NCBI GenBank assembly: GCA_041678685.1
Contig: JBAYNV010000001.1
Span: 4,498 to 68,497 of the forward strand
Reading direction: 5' to 3'
DNA length: 64,000 nucleotides
Origin: Clostridia bacterium
GTDB taxonomy: Bacteria; Bacillota; Clostridia; DUPQ01
The notes under the pieces are model-generated. The model saw only the letters and a list, made by a program, of their open reading frames with translations. It made no database searches and was not told the origin of the DNA. The position numbers and the translations under genes were made by a program. This document shows, piece after piece, positions 1 to 9,720 of the stretch. Position 1 is the first letter of the stretch. The number at the start of each line of letters is the position of its first letter.

Positions 1-270
1 ATATAACTGGATCTGCTCCATACCGTCCTGTATGTGAGCAAAGCTTGCTTTTCCCATTACCCTTTTTGTCATTATCCTGCCTGCCAGACTGACTTCTTTT
101 TCAGTCAATGCATCGAAATCATCCAGTATTTCCCTGGCTGTATACTTACGGTCGTAATATGTTATTGCAAAAGGGTTTCTCCCCGAATCCTTCAGGTTCT
201 CCAGCTTTTCTCTTCTTATTTTCAATATCTCATTGAGATCGGCTTCAGTATTATCAGTAAAATTTTCCAT
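1..270 (-). CDS. lysS: lysyl-tRNA synthetase, N-terminal part (gene continues beyond window start)
   Basis: Reverse-complement translation from the ATG at 270-268 reads [26 protein letters not shown]...[28 protein letters not shown]. This matches the class II LysRS N-terminal anticodon-binding region (RREKL; GRIMTKRxMGKASF). It is not in the ORF track because it runs off the window edge. Confidence 0.75.
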   Translation of the reverse strand, partial: MENFTDNTEADLNEILKIRREKLENLKDSGRNPFAITYYDRKYTAREILDDFDALTEKEVSLAGRIMTKRVMGKASFAHIQDGMEQIQLY

Positions 271-356
271 TATGTGCTCCTTTATTCAAATTGCAGTCCT
301 CAAAAGAGAACTGCAATTCATTATATCTTTTTTTTACGGTATTAACAACAAAGTGA

Positions 357-833
357 TCACGCCATGATCTCCAGGATCTTCATCTGAAGCTGGCCTGCAG
401 GACTCGTGATGCTGACGACCGCGCCGGGATGATTTCCTATAAGCGCTTTCCCGACAGGAGATTCATATGAGATCCTCTGATTGAAGGAATTTGCTTCCGT
501 CGGACCTACTATCTGGTATATCTGCTCCTCATTGTACTCCATGTCCAATACTTTTACTCTGCAGCCGATCGTTACTTTCTCGCTATTGCAGTTATCGTTA
601 TCTATGACTTCTGCCTTTGAAAGCAGATTCTCAAGATATGCGATCCTTGTCTCTACCTGAGCCTGTTGATTTTTTGCTTCATCATATTCACTGTTTTCAG
701 AAATATCTCCAAATGAAATCGCATTTTTGAGCCTGTCGGATACTTCCATCCTTGTCTTGCCTTTTAATGTCATCAATTCGTCTTCCAGCTCTTTTATTCC
801 TTCGTAAGTCATTAAAACCTTTTTGTCTGCCAT
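357..833 (-). CDS. greA: transcription elongation factor GreA
   Basis: 158 aa with a GreA coiled-coil N-terminus and an FKBP-like C-terminus. I prefer the start at the MADKK ATG (833), which has GAGGAG 7 nt upstream; the ORF-track start at 848 has no spacing to the SD. The greA-lysS adjacency is typical of Firmicutes. Confidence 0.85.
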   Translation of the reverse strand: MADKKVLMTYEGIKELEDELMTLKGKTRMEVSDRLKNAISFGDISENSEYDEAKNQQAQVETRIAYLENLLSKAEVIDNDNCNSEKVTIGCRVKVLDMEYNEEQIYQIVGPTEANSFNQRISYESPVGKALIGNHPGAVVSITSPAGQLQMKILEIMA

Positions 834-867
834 TTTCATTCTCCTCAATTAAGTTTTGGATTGACAA

Positions 868-896
868 ATTATAATTCGCATATGCTTCTTTGTCAA
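868..896 (-). promoter_or_regulatory. sigma-A type promoter for greA (TTGACA-17-TATAAT)
   Basis: The minus strand reads TTGACA aagaagcatatgcgaat TATAAT, about 30 nt upstream of the greA start. Both hexamers are perfect consensus with a 17-nt spacer. Confidence 0.5.
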
Positions 897-1058
897 CCTC
901 CTTTTTAACAATTACATATCTTAACATATTTTTTCGGATATAGCTCATTTTTATTTATTTTAATAAAATAAGTATTTGTGCAATATGATCTGCTGAATAA
1001 TCGCACCGGATAATATATAATAAAGGAAATATAAAATACAGGAAAAGCGGTGATCATT

Positions 1059-2639
1059 ATGGAACTGTTCAAAGAACTCACTTTTACTTCAAAATCATCG
1101 GATCATGACCCTTTCAATTATGTGTCATTATCTGCTCTCTTCACAAGACCGGACGGATCCTCGATATCCGTAACAGGTTTCTGGGCGGGCGGGGACACAT
1201 ACAAATTGCGTTATGACATATCGATACCGGGAAAACACAGATATATAACGGTAAGCAGCGATGATTCCTTAAATGGCATCAAAGGGGAAATAACGGTCAG
1301 GAAATATACAGGTGACAATCCTCTGTATGTCCACGGTGCGATAGGCAGAAAGAACAAGGATCTGTATCTGAGATATAAAGACGGCACTCCCTTTTACTGG
1401 CTTGCCGACACCTGGTGGATGGGTCTTACGGACCGGCTGGATTTCAATAAGGATTTCGGTAAACTCACGGAAGACCGCGTCAAAAAGGGATTCAATGTGG
1501 TACAGATAGTCGCCGGTTTGTATCCCGATATGCTTCCATTTGATGAAAGAGGGAGAAATGAAGCCGGATTCCCGTGGACTGCTGATTTCAAATCGATATG
1601 TCCTGAATACTTCGACATGGCTGACAGAAGGATATTCCATCTGATCAAAAAAGGCATAACGCCCTGCATAGTGGGTTCATGGGGATTTTTCATGAAATTC
1701 GCAGGCAAGGAAACACTTCTGAAACACTGGAAATACCTTATAGCCCGCTGGTCGGCTCTTCCTGTCGCATGGTGCATAGCAGGTGAAGCCAACATGGCTT
1801 TCTATAACGAGAACATATCAGCTGAGGAGCATCTGAGAAGATCCAGGAAAGACTGGAACGATGTAACTCTGTTCGTAAAGAATAACGATCCGTTTAAGAG
1901 GCTCATAACGATACACCCTACAAACAACGGTCATGAGCAGATAGAAGACGAGACGCTTCTTGACCTTGACATGCTTCAAACGGGGCATGGAGGATTTGCA
2001 TCCATAGTTCCGCAGATGAAACAGATAAAGCACTCTGTGGACCGCAAGGCGCTTCCTGTCATAAATTCAGAGTGTAATTACGAGGGTATATGCGGGTCTT
2101 CATACTGTGATGTACAAAGATATGTATATCTGTCTGATTTCATGTTAGGTGCTGCCGGACATACATATGGCGCAAACGGCATATGGCAGCTCAACGGGAT
2201 AGGAAGACCTTATGGGCCTTCTCCTCACGGCTCGACATGGGGAGACACGAACTGGAAGGAAGCAGCCTCTCTCCCTGGATCGGGACAGATAGGAAGCTGC
2301 AAGAGATTTCTCACCTCTTTTGAGTGGTGGAGATTTCAATCACATCCCGAATGGGTGGAGAACCCCTGCTCTTTAAACGCATGTGACGGCAACTTCTGTG
2401 TGGGGATCCCAAAGGAAGTGAGGATCATATTCAAACCTAATCTTGGAGGCAGCTTCTGGGGCAATATCGAGATAAGAGGTATTGAAAAAGACATATCTTA
2501 CATGGCATCCAGATTCGACCCGATCCTTGGGAAAGAAACCGTAATAGGCGATGTCATTCCTGACGAGTCAGGTGTATGGAGGATGCCTAAAGTCACCGCA
2601 TTCCAGGACTGGCTGTATATATTAAAAGCAAAGAAATGA
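1059..2639 (+). CDS. DUF5060/DUF4038 (GH140-like) putative glycoside hydrolase, no signal peptide
   Basis: An N-terminal Ig-like region is followed by a FYWLADTWW motif characteristic of the DUF4038/GH140 TIM-barrel family. I prefer the ATG at 1059 (GGTGA 5 nt upstream) over the GTG at 1050. Confidence 0.5.
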   Translation: MELFKELTFTSKSSDHDPFNYVSLSALFTRPDGSSISVTGFWAGGDTYKLRYDISIPGKHRYITVSSDDSLNGIKGEITVRKYTGDNPLYVHGAIGRKNKDLYLRYKDGTPFYWLADTWWMGLTDRLDFNKDFGKLTEDRVKKGFNVVQIVAGLYPDMLPFDERGRNEAGFPWTADFKSICPEYFDMADRRIFHLIKKGITPCIVGSWGFFMKFAGKETLLKHWKYLIARWSALPVAWCIAGEANMAFYNENISAEEHLRRSRKDWNDVTLFVKNNDPFKRLITIHPTNNGHEQIEDETLLDLDMLQTGHGGFASIVPQMKQIKHSVDRKALPVINSECNYEGICGSSYCDVQRYVYLSDFMLGAAGHTYGANGIWQLNGIGRPYGPSPHGSTWGDTNWKEAASLPGSGQIGSCKRFLTSFEWWRFQSHPEWVENPCSLNACDGNFCVGIPKEVRIIFKPNLGGSFWGNIEIRGIEKDISYMASRFDPILGKETVIGDVIPDESGVWRMPKVTAFQDWLYILKAKK

Positions 2640-2681
2640 TCCATCGACAGATGATAACTCTCATTTAAATATCATAGTTAC

Positions 2682-2714
2682 AAAAAAGATACGGGAAGAA
2701 ACCGTATCTTTTTA
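2682..2714. terminator. bidirectional rho-independent terminator between convergent genes
   Basis: aaaaa AAGATACGG gaagaaa CCGTATCTT ttt: a 9-bp perfect stem flanked by an A-run and a T-run. Confidence 0.5.
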
Positions 2715-2740
2715 AAACATCCGAACTTATAAGCTTATTT

Positions 2741-3241
2741 TCATTCCCCTATTATCTGTACTTCGCATACTCTTTTTCTTTCGCGTATCTGATCCCAGTC
2801 AATAAAATAAATGAAGCCGAAATCACCGAGTGAAAGCTGTCCGTCAAACAGCACTATCGTCTCCGAACGGCCGAAGAATACCGAACGTAAGTGGGCATCC
2901 GTATTCAGACTGCCCTTAGGTTCCTCATCAGGGAATGTGAGCGCAAATTCAATATGCTTTGGACCCGGATGCATATACTGGCCTTCACATCTGCAGGTCG
3001 GGATAAGTTTTTCCATTATATTATTAAGATCCTGCTGCAGATATTCCCTGCCGAAAAAATTTTTATCATGCGAGCATTCCTGCGTGATGACCGAACATGT
3101 CGTATGATGCGAATATACTACGCATATTCCGTTTCTGATCCCCGATTCAGCCACGATCTTCTTTACCTGATCCGTAACATTATGGAAATCAGGTCTGTGG
3201 TCATGTGACTGAAGTTCTATCGTACCTCTGTAAACTGCCAT
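2741..3241 (-). CDS. YjbQ/UPF0047 family protein (secondary thiamine-phosphate synthase-like)
   Basis: 166 aa. The conserved pattern NTDAHLRS...FG.S....DG.L.LG.FG.IYF matches the YjbQ family. It is the last gene of the 7-gene minus-strand operon. Confidence 0.55.
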   Translation of the reverse strand: MAVYRGTIELQSHDHRPDFHNVTDQVKKIVAESGIRNGICVVYSHHTTCSVITQECSHDKNFFGREYLQQDLNNIMEKLIPTCRCEGQYMHPGPKHIEFALTFPDEEPKGSLNTDAHLRSVFFGRSETIVLFDGQLSLGDFGFIYFIDWDQIRERKRVCEVQIIGE

Positions 3242-3260
3242 GATTTATCCTCCTCAAATT

Positions 3261-3962
3261 TCATTTATGTAATTTGTCCCACGCTGCGCGTAATGAACAT
3301 ATCATTTCTTCTGCCATAGCGGCAGGATCTTCTGCTTTCATGATCCCGCTTGTGCTGCCTGTCGCCTGTGCTCCCGCCATGATGACATTGTATACATCCC
3401 GGCCGTTGCTTATCCCCGCACCCTGTAAAACCATGATATCGGGATCGATCGCTCTTACCGTCTCTATAGTCTTTTTAACATAATCCAGGCTGCTTGTCAT
3501 TCCCGTTCCGATAAGGCTGGTAGGTTCCGCAACAAGAAGGTTAGGCCTAAGCTTTGCTATGGCGGATAATTCATCAACCGTATCCGCACATACTATCGTG
3601 CCAAGGCCTACTTCGTCAGCTCTTTGTATCGTCTTCCCTATTACTTCCATCGATAAAGGTTTCTCGCAGTGATTGAGCATGACGCCGACAGCTTTAGCGG
3701 CTTTGACCGCTTCAGGCAGCACCGATCCCAGCCCCCTTCCGATAGGCAGGCAATCCATATGCTGGGCAAATACAAATATCCTTTCGGTGTTTTCCGCGAT
3801 CAGCCGGATATCCGTATACTGCGGCGTCACTATTATGTCCACATCATATTTTATTGCTATGCGGTCTATTTCCCTGGCAAGCGCCAGCATCGCATCGCCA
3901 TAAATATATGCTTTCGGCCCCACCTCAAAAAAAGGCGGCTTTATCGTCAACCCTCTGTACAT
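3261..3962 (-). CDS. archaeal-type triosephosphate isomerase family protein (possible tetrose/triose-phosphate isomerase)
   Basis: Collinear with archaeal TIM: PFFEVGPKAY (NFKAY-like Lys), FVFAQHMD, NHCE (catalytic His), VAEPTSLIGTG (the EPPELIGTG motif) and VLQGAGIS. The stop overlaps the upstream SIS gene start. Confidence 0.65.
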   Translation of the reverse strand: MYRGLTIKPPFFEVGPKAYIYGDAMLALAREIDRIAIKYDVDIIVTPQYTDIRLIAENTERIFVFAQHMDCLPIGRGLGSVLPEAVKAAKAVGVMLNHCEKPLSMEVIGKTIQRADEVGLGTIVCADTVDELSAIAKLRPNLLVAEPTSLIGTGMTSSLDYVKKTIETVRAIDPDIMVLQGAGISNGRDVYNVIMAGAQATGSTSGIMKAEDPAAMAEEMICSLRAAWDKLHK

Positions 3963-4570
3963 TATTTTCCTCCCCTGTTCAGCAGCTCCCCTACCGCTCC
4001 GCCCGGATGTATCAAAGCGAACTGTTCTTTCGTAAACCTTGTCTCGGTCATTATAGCTGAAAGCATGGCATCAAAAAGGGCAACTGTTGCGACATAACTC
4101 GATGTCGCCATCAGACCAAGCGGATCGCTTTCCTTCTCTATCCGTATCGGCACTACTATATCCGCATTCAAAGCAAGCGGGGATCCCAGATTTTCGGTCA
4201 CCGCTATCAGTATCGCTTCCTTTTTATTGCAGACTGAAATTATCGGAAGCAGTTCGTTCGTCTTTCCTCCTCTTGAGATCATTACCATGACATCTCCCTT
4301 TTTCAATGCTCCCAGACCGCCGTGCACGGCTTCACAAGGGGACATGAACATGGCATTTTTCTCTATGCAGCAAAGGGAATGAGCGAATTTTTTAGCGGCA
4401 ATGCCCGATGAGCCGCTTGCACATGTCATTATCCTGTCACAGCGGCAAAGGGCGTCACAGGCCTGTTCGAATGATTCCAGATCCAGATATCCCTTTATAT
4501 CTGCAACTGCCTTCATTTCGATATCAAGTGAATCCATGGCGGCTTTTATTGATTTCTTCTTCATGTTCAT
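3962..4570 (-). CDS. SIS-domain sugar-phosphate isomerase (PHI/KpsF-like, single SIS domain)
   Basis: 202 aa with the SIS fold signature (GSSG...VMVMISRGGKT...AVTENLGSPLA). Confidence 0.6.
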   Translation of the reverse strand: MNMKKKSIKAAMDSLDIEMKAVADIKGYLDLESFEQACDALCRCDRIMTCASGSSGIAAKKFAHSLCCIEKNAMFMSPCEAVHGGLGALKKGDVMVMISRGGKTNELLPIISVCNKKEAILIAVTENLGSPLALNADIVVPIRIEKESDPLGLMATSSYVATVALFDAMLSAIMTETRFTKEQFALIHPGGAVGELLNRGGK

Positions 4571-4576
4571 CCTTTC

Positions 4577-5923
4577 CTAAATGACCTGTATGCCGATTAT
4601 ATCGCATAGATCCCTTATCTTTTCCGTATTGTCTCCGTATGAGATGATATAGTGCTGACACATGACGTTCTTCGTAAAACCATCCATATCGTCAAGAAAT
4701 ATCTCCAGTCCCGGAAGCTGAGGCGCCGGCTGTGTCCAGCCTGCTTCCTCCCACTTTCCTGGAGCCACTCCTGTTCCTTTTACCATATGCATGGTATATT
4801 CACCGTTACTGCATGATAAGCGGCACAATGTGATTTCACCGGTTTTTAACCGTGATACATTAAGTATACCTTCAGATAGTCCGCCAAAAGCGGCAGGCAT
4901 AACCTGTACATTACCATCCACTATTTCAGAAGGAACATAGTCAGGTACGCCGGCTAACACCCTGTCTTTCATGAATTCATAGAATTCCAGATATGCCGCA
5001 CACTGGCCGGTAGAATATTTTACCATCAGCTGTGTCACCAAACCTAAAGAATCATTTTCCGGTATGGTGCAAAGACCGTCGTTGTCCCCCAGCAGCATGA
5101 ATATCGGCGCAGGCGGGAATCCTAAAAGCTTCTTCATCCCGTCTACATCCTTGAGTGATACCGCTTCATAATGACGTTCCTTTGCAAGACCGATAAGAGC
5201 AAGGTAATATCCTGCCGCCTTCATCATTCCGTCTTTGCGCGGTTCTTTAAGGAATTTCCACTTTGACATGCTGTTATTTATTACCGCATTCTTTTTTACG
5301 TCGGATATTTTCTCATATCTCTGTACTATTTCAAGCATCTCAAAGGTTTCGATTTCAACGCCTACAGTCTTTTTCAATGAGATCCCATCGTATAAAGTAC
5401 CGTACAGCCCCATGTCACGGTATCCCATCATTCCCGCTTTGACGTGATGAAGTCTTTCAGCGGAATATGCAACCCTGCAGTAATCTGCGACCTTCACTGA
5501 GTTTTTTAGCGCTCCTACTGTGTCATAGATATATTTAAAAGTATATCCCAGATCGGACATGGTTTTTCTAAGCGATGAAGTACCGGCCTGGTCAGCGGTC
5601 GTAATGAGTCTGTCACCTTCCATCCAGCCTGACAGCCCCCAAAGCACCATCGGTTTATGGCGGAAGTATTCCGTTACCTTGATCACCGCATGAGCGGGTA
5701 TCCAGCCTGCTATGCATATGACAAGCACATCAAAGTCAGAAGCCCTGAGTACCTTTACCGCTTTCTCGATATCGCTCCCTTTTTCATCATCAGTTATGGG
5801 ATAAACAGATGTAAGCCCAATACCTTCTGCCATAAGGGCATTCAATGCATCGCCGCATTTTTTTATGATTATCTCCTTTGGCGTGTTGACTTCACCAAAA
5901 CCTGCAAATCCGGCCTTAACCAT
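4577..5923 (-). CDS. L-fucose/L-arabinose isomerase family protein (short form)
   Basis: 448 aa. Overall similarity to the FucI/AraA-like aldose-ketose isomerase family is by recollection only. It is tightly coupled to the flanking genes. Confidence 0.45.
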   Translation of the reverse strand: MVKAGFAGFGEVNTPKEIIIKKCGDALNALMAEGIGLTSVYPITDDEKGSDIEKAVKVLRASDFDVLVICIAGWIPAHAVIKVTEYFRHKPMVLWGLSGWMEGDRLITTADQAGTSSLRKTMSDLGYTFKYIYDTVGALKNSVKVADYCRVAYSAERLHHVKAGMMGYRDMGLYGTLYDGISLKKTVGVEIETFEMLEIVQRYEKISDVKKNAVINNSMSKWKFLKEPRKDGMMKAAGYYLALIGLAKERHYEAVSLKDVDGMKKLLGFPPAPIFMLLGDNDGLCTIPENDSLGLVTQLMVKYSTGQCAAYLEFYEFMKDRVLAGVPDYVPSEIVDGNVQVMPAAFGGLSEGILNVSRLKTGEITLCRLSCSNGEYTMHMVKGTGVAPGKWEEAGWTQPAPQLPGLEIFLDDMDGFTKNVMCQHYIISYGDNTEKIRDLCDIIGIQVI

Positions 5924-7316
5924 TGTATACCGCCTTTCTCAGATCCATAAATCTATCGTATATATCCTCATACGCTGCCTTTGCAGGCAGATATATTTCA
6001 TCTGTTTTTACCAGCAGGCTGCATGCTTCTCTGACGGAATCGAATGCTCCTATGCCGACTCCGGCCAGTATGGCCGAACCAAGGCATGCCGTTTCCCTGT
6101 CTTTCAGGGTCACGATCTTACAGCCGGTGATATCTGCCTTTATCTGGCACCATAATGCGCTGTTTGCCGCTCCGCCCATGGAACGTATTTCACTTACATC
6201 CGTTCCCATATCGATAAGCGAGCTCTTAAGCGTGCATGCAATGGCTTCCATTATGCTTCTTGCAAAATACCCTTTGGTATGACTTAAGCTGATCCCGTGA
6301 AACATACCTCTGGCGTCCGGATCATACGGCGCTATTGAACCGCACAGATAAGGAAGCATGGTGAGCCCGTCACATCCGGCCGGGACTCTGCAGGCCAGTT
6401 CATCCAGTTCCTTATAGCTCATACCCCCGCAGAAATTGTCTTTGTACCATTTTAGTACCATTCCCGCTGTTGCGGTCCATGAAAGAAGGCAGTATCTGCC
6501 GTCGTAGTTATAGTGGCAGGGTATTCTTTTCACCGGATCATAAGGCGGTACCATTTCTGACGGAGCGAATATAGACATCGCAGTACCGGTCATTTCGCTT
6601 ACCATACCATTTTCTACTATTCCCGCTCCTATAGCGCCTGCTATCTGATCGATCGCTCCTGTAACGACCGTTATGTTCCCTGTATTCCCTATGCATTCCC
6701 CACTGTCGTGAATCGCAGGAAGCATATCCGGCGTGATATTCAGATATTCGAGCATTTCCGTCCACCATCCGCCTTTATGTATATCAAAATAAAGGCTCGA
6801 TGACTGTAATGTCTTTTCTGTTATGAATTTACCTGTAAGTCTGAAAAGAAGATAATCCTCAAGCAGGAATATCTTCCTGACCTTCTTCCATATATCAGGT
6901 TCATTTTTCTTCATCCACAGTAACTTGCATGCGGGCCATGTGGCTGTCACTTCCGCCTGCCCCGTCGTTTCGTATATTTTCTGCCGGCCAAAGTCCTTCT
7001 GTATCTCACAGGCTTCCGCCACAGCCCTGTTGTCAAGCCATACTATAGCGTTGCACAGAGGCTTTCCTTTTTCGTCAGCCATTATCAAAGTCTCGCATTG
7101 CGTGTCAATTGCGATCGCTGATATGTCGTTGCTCCAAGCTGTTTCTTTTACAGCTATCAGGAACAGATCGAAATATTCATCCGCATCAAATTCAACGTGA
7201 TCGCCTTTACTGATCAGTTCATAATCCACATGAGCGGATATGATACACTGTCCGGTCTGGTCATATACAGCGGCTTTTATTGATGTCGTCCCGACATCAA
7301 CTCCAAGTAACTTCAA
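5916..7316 (-). CDS. FGGY-family carbohydrate kinase (xylulokinase-like)
   Basis: FGGY N-terminal LLGVDVGTTSIKAAVYD plus C-terminal motifs. I prefer the TTG start at 7316, which has GGAGGG 5 nt upstream. The ORF track gives a GTG at 7337, which has no SD and overlaps the upstream gene by 25 nt. Confidence 0.8.
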   Translation of the reverse strand: MKLLGVDVGTTSIKAAVYDQTGQCIISAHVDYELISKGDHVEFDADEYFDLFLIAVKETAWSNDISAIAIDTQCETLIMADEKGKPLCNAIVWLDNRAVAEACEIQKDFGRQKIYETTGQAEVTATWPACKLLWMKKNEPDIWKKVRKIFLLEDYLLFRLTGKFITEKTLQSSSLYFDIHKGGWWTEMLEYLNITPDMLPAIHDSGECIGNTGNITVVTGAIDQIAGAIGAGIVENGMVSEMTGTAMSIFAPSEMVPPYDPVKRIPCHYNYDGRYCLLSWTATAGMVLKWYKDNFCGGMSYKELDELACRVPAGCDGLTMLPYLCGSIAPYDPDARGMFHGISLSHTKGYFARSIMEAIACTLKSSLIDMGTDVSEIRSMGGAANSALWCQIKADITGCKIVTLKDRETACLGSAILAGVGIGAFDSVREACSLLVKTDEIYLPAKAAYEDIYDRFMDLRKAVYNG

Positions 7317-8815
7317 GTATTCCCTCCGATGTTCCACATCCGGTTTATCTCAAGAACAGTTTTTCTGACCAGTATCTCTCCGCCTTCGTGCCCTGTTATA
7401 CCGCTGGACACATAAGCGCTGTAATGGCTTCCCGCCTCGGCTTTTTCTGTAGGAAGATAAAGCCCGTTCCCGCAGGCCAGCTGTATTATGAATGTCTGCT
7501 TTGCCCTGCTTCTTGCCCTTATGATATTCCCATAGTCAAGGAACAGTTCAAAAGGATTTGTAGCAAACGCTATGTCTGAAAACCGCACGACATGCACCTC
7601 CACAGGGAAATACCCATGGTCCTTCTGATATCCGTATCTTGCGGCTGTTCCAGCATAAACATGCATCTGCGCATTATCAGCAAAATCAAACCCGGATCTT
7701 CCTGCCTTGCTGATATATCCGGTTATCTGATCCTTCGCGATTTCGTATTCAGATCCTGTCACGGTCCTTACGGGCAGGTCAAAGATCATCACTTTATGGA
7801 CAAGCGCCATATCATCACATATATGTGAAACAGCTTTTTCATAAACATCGGCGATCTCATCTGCTATGCGTTTTCCGACTTTCCATGTGCCGTTTATATC
7901 AAACATTGACGTATCGGCATTTCTTTCAGTATGGTTTTCCCTTGATATGTTCGGATCATCTATCGGCGTCTCCGGCCCGACCCATCTTATGAGATCACGG
8001 GGGCACTGGTCGCCCGCCGCAGAGCATAATCCCAGAACATACAGACTGCTATTGAAGTGCTCGCGAAGCAGTATCCTTACCTTTCCCCAATAATCGGAAG
8101 ATATGAAGCTTCTGTGCTCTACGACCTGGGCAGGACAAGCGATATTTGCAACAACGCCTGTCAGTTTCTTTTGCCCGTCGAAAATATACAGAAGCTCTAT
8201 TCCTGAATCATTTCCTCCTTCAAGGTTCATAAAATCCAAACTATCGGTATCTCCCCACATCCTCGCTGAGCCGTCTTTGTATACGGCTCTTCTGCACATG
8301 CCTACAGGCGCGCGTCCGAATCCATTGGCATGATATGCTTTCTTTCTTGCTTTCCATGCCTGGATTATAGCGGCCGAGATCCTCTCTGCCAGAAACAGCA
8401 AGGCTTCATGAGGGTCCAGCACATCATCTGATGATGCTTTTGCAGTATATTGACTGTCTTTTGGCAGAAATGAGGAAAGCACATCCAATGCCGAGCCGTA
8501 TGTATCGCTTTTTGTTTCATATACCATCGCGGTATGGACATGGGTCGCATTTATTATTATCTTATCAGTGTCCAACCCTATATCTTCTGATCTTACGCGA
8601 CCGCGCACCATTCCAAGAAGGCCTGTATCGATATATAAAAGATCGCATGAGCATATGACCAGCTGATCAGATCCTGATTCAACAGCCATCGCCGTAGCTG
8701 TAATGGGAGTCTCCACATATTCCGAGATCCTTTCAAAAAACTGCCCGTCAAGACTTACCTTCCTGTCCGGCGTTATACTCTCTTCCGCCCAGCCTATCAA
8801 CAGTGCGTCATGCAT
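7313..8815 (-). CDS. hypothetical cytoplasmic hydrolase with neutral/alkaline ceramidase-like N-terminal domain
   Basis: 500 aa. The N-terminus LIGWAEESITPD resembles the ceramidase N-domain motif (G-x-A-x-x-D-ITP). There is no signal peptide. GGGGGA lies 5 nt upstream of the start. The family assignment is tentative. Confidence 0.4.
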   Translation of the reverse strand: MHDALLIGWAEESITPDRKVSLDGQFFERISEYVETPITATAMAVESGSDQLVICSCDLLYIDTGLLGMVRGRVRSEDIGLDTDKIIINATHVHTAMVYETKSDTYGSALDVLSSFLPKDSQYTAKASSDDVLDPHEALLFLAERISAAIIQAWKARKKAYHANGFGRAPVGMCRRAVYKDGSARMWGDTDSLDFMNLEGGNDSGIELLYIFDGQKKLTGVVANIACPAQVVEHRSFISSDYWGKVRILLREHFNSSLYVLGLCSAAGDQCPRDLIRWVGPETPIDDPNISRENHTERNADTSMFDINGTWKVGKRIADEIADVYEKAVSHICDDMALVHKVMIFDLPVRTVTGSEYEIAKDQITGYISKAGRSGFDFADNAQMHVYAGTAARYGYQKDHGYFPVEVHVVRFSDIAFATNPFELFLDYGNIIRARSRAKQTFIIQLACGNGLYLPTEKAEAGSHYSAYVSSGITGHEGGEILVRKTVLEINRMWNIGGNT

Positions 8816-8825
8816 GCATATCCCC

Positions 8826-9593
8826 CTAGACTAATATGACGTCTATTCCTTCCGCCTTGAGATTTTCGATTTCGGATCCCAGTGCTCTTGTATTCGTAAC
8901 AATATGATCCGCCATACCTGTTTTCGCTATTTTAACAAAGGCTGTCCTTCCTATCTTTGTGTAATCTGCCGCTATGATCGTTGTATTCGACTGTCTGATC
9001 ATCTGAAGGCATATTTCCTTCTCCTGCTGATAATAGGTCGTAAGTCCGGTCTCCATGCTCACTCCGTCAACTGACAGTATGAGTTTGTCCGCATGATATG
9101 ATGAAAGCTGTAAAAGCGCGTCATTGCCTGATGTGAACTGATATCTCGTGTTGACTGTCCCGCCAAGGAGTATCACATTGAAATCCTCATATTCTCCGGC
9201 CTCAGTCGCGATAGCTATGGAATTCGTAACTATATTCAGGTGCTTTTTACTCTTCATCGCATGAAGCGCGAACAGCGTAGTCGTTCCTGAATTCATCATT
9301 ACGGTCTCTCCGTCATTTATGTATCCTGCCACACATTCCACAATAGCTTTTTTTTCTGCCTCATTCGTGTTTGAACGCTGCTTAAAATTCATGTTGAAGT
9401 AGTTTTTGTATGAACTGACCGCGCCCCCGTATACCCTTGACAGCATGCCTTCCTCTTCAAGACCGGTAAGATCATAACGTATCGTTACTTCGGAGACATT
9501 AAAAATGCGTGACAGCTCATTCACCTTCACTTTGCCATCGCTGTGGAGCATTTCAAGTATCCTGTTTTTACGTTCGCTAATGCTTAGTTCCAC
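8826..9593 (-). CDS. DeoR-family transcriptional regulator (HTH + sugar-phosphate binding domain)
   Basis: N-terminal DeoR HTH (RKNRILEMLHSDGKVKVNELSRIFNVSEVTIRYDL) and a C-terminal DeoR sensor domain. GTG start with GGAGG upstream. It is the first gene of the operon. Confidence 0.85.
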   Translation of the reverse strand: MELSISERKNRILEMLHSDGKVKVNELSRIFNVSEVTIRYDLTGLEEEGMLSRVYGGAVSSYKNYFNMNFKQRSNTNEAEKKAIVECVAGYINDGETVMMNSGTTTLFALHAMKSKKHLNIVTNSIAIATEAGEYEDFNVILLGGTVNTRYQFTSGNDALLQLSSYHADKLILSVDGVSMETGLTTYYQQEKEICLQMIRQSNTTIIAADYTKIGRTAFVKIAKTGMADHIVTNTRALGSEIENLKAEGIDVILV

Positions 9594-9691
9594 CTGTCCT
9601 CCGATTATAAAAATGGTTTCGATATATTACGTATATATTTCGTTTTACCTTCATTACATATGTTATTACATTTCATTTGATATTTCAAGAC

Positions 9692-9720
9692 ATAAAAAAA
9701 ACCTCTTTTTACAGAGGTTT
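9692..9720 (-). terminator. rho-independent terminator downstream of the tRNA cluster
   Basis: AACCTCT ttttac AGAGGTT hairpin. On the minus strand it is followed by a run of 7-8 T (A-run on plus at 9692-9699). It lies immediately 3' of tRNA-Lys. Confidence 0.55.

Noticed and set aside
34-345. 103-aa plus-strand ORF
   Set aside because: It is antisense to the clearly recognisable lysS N-terminus, has no SD, and its composition is driven by the opposite-strand gene.
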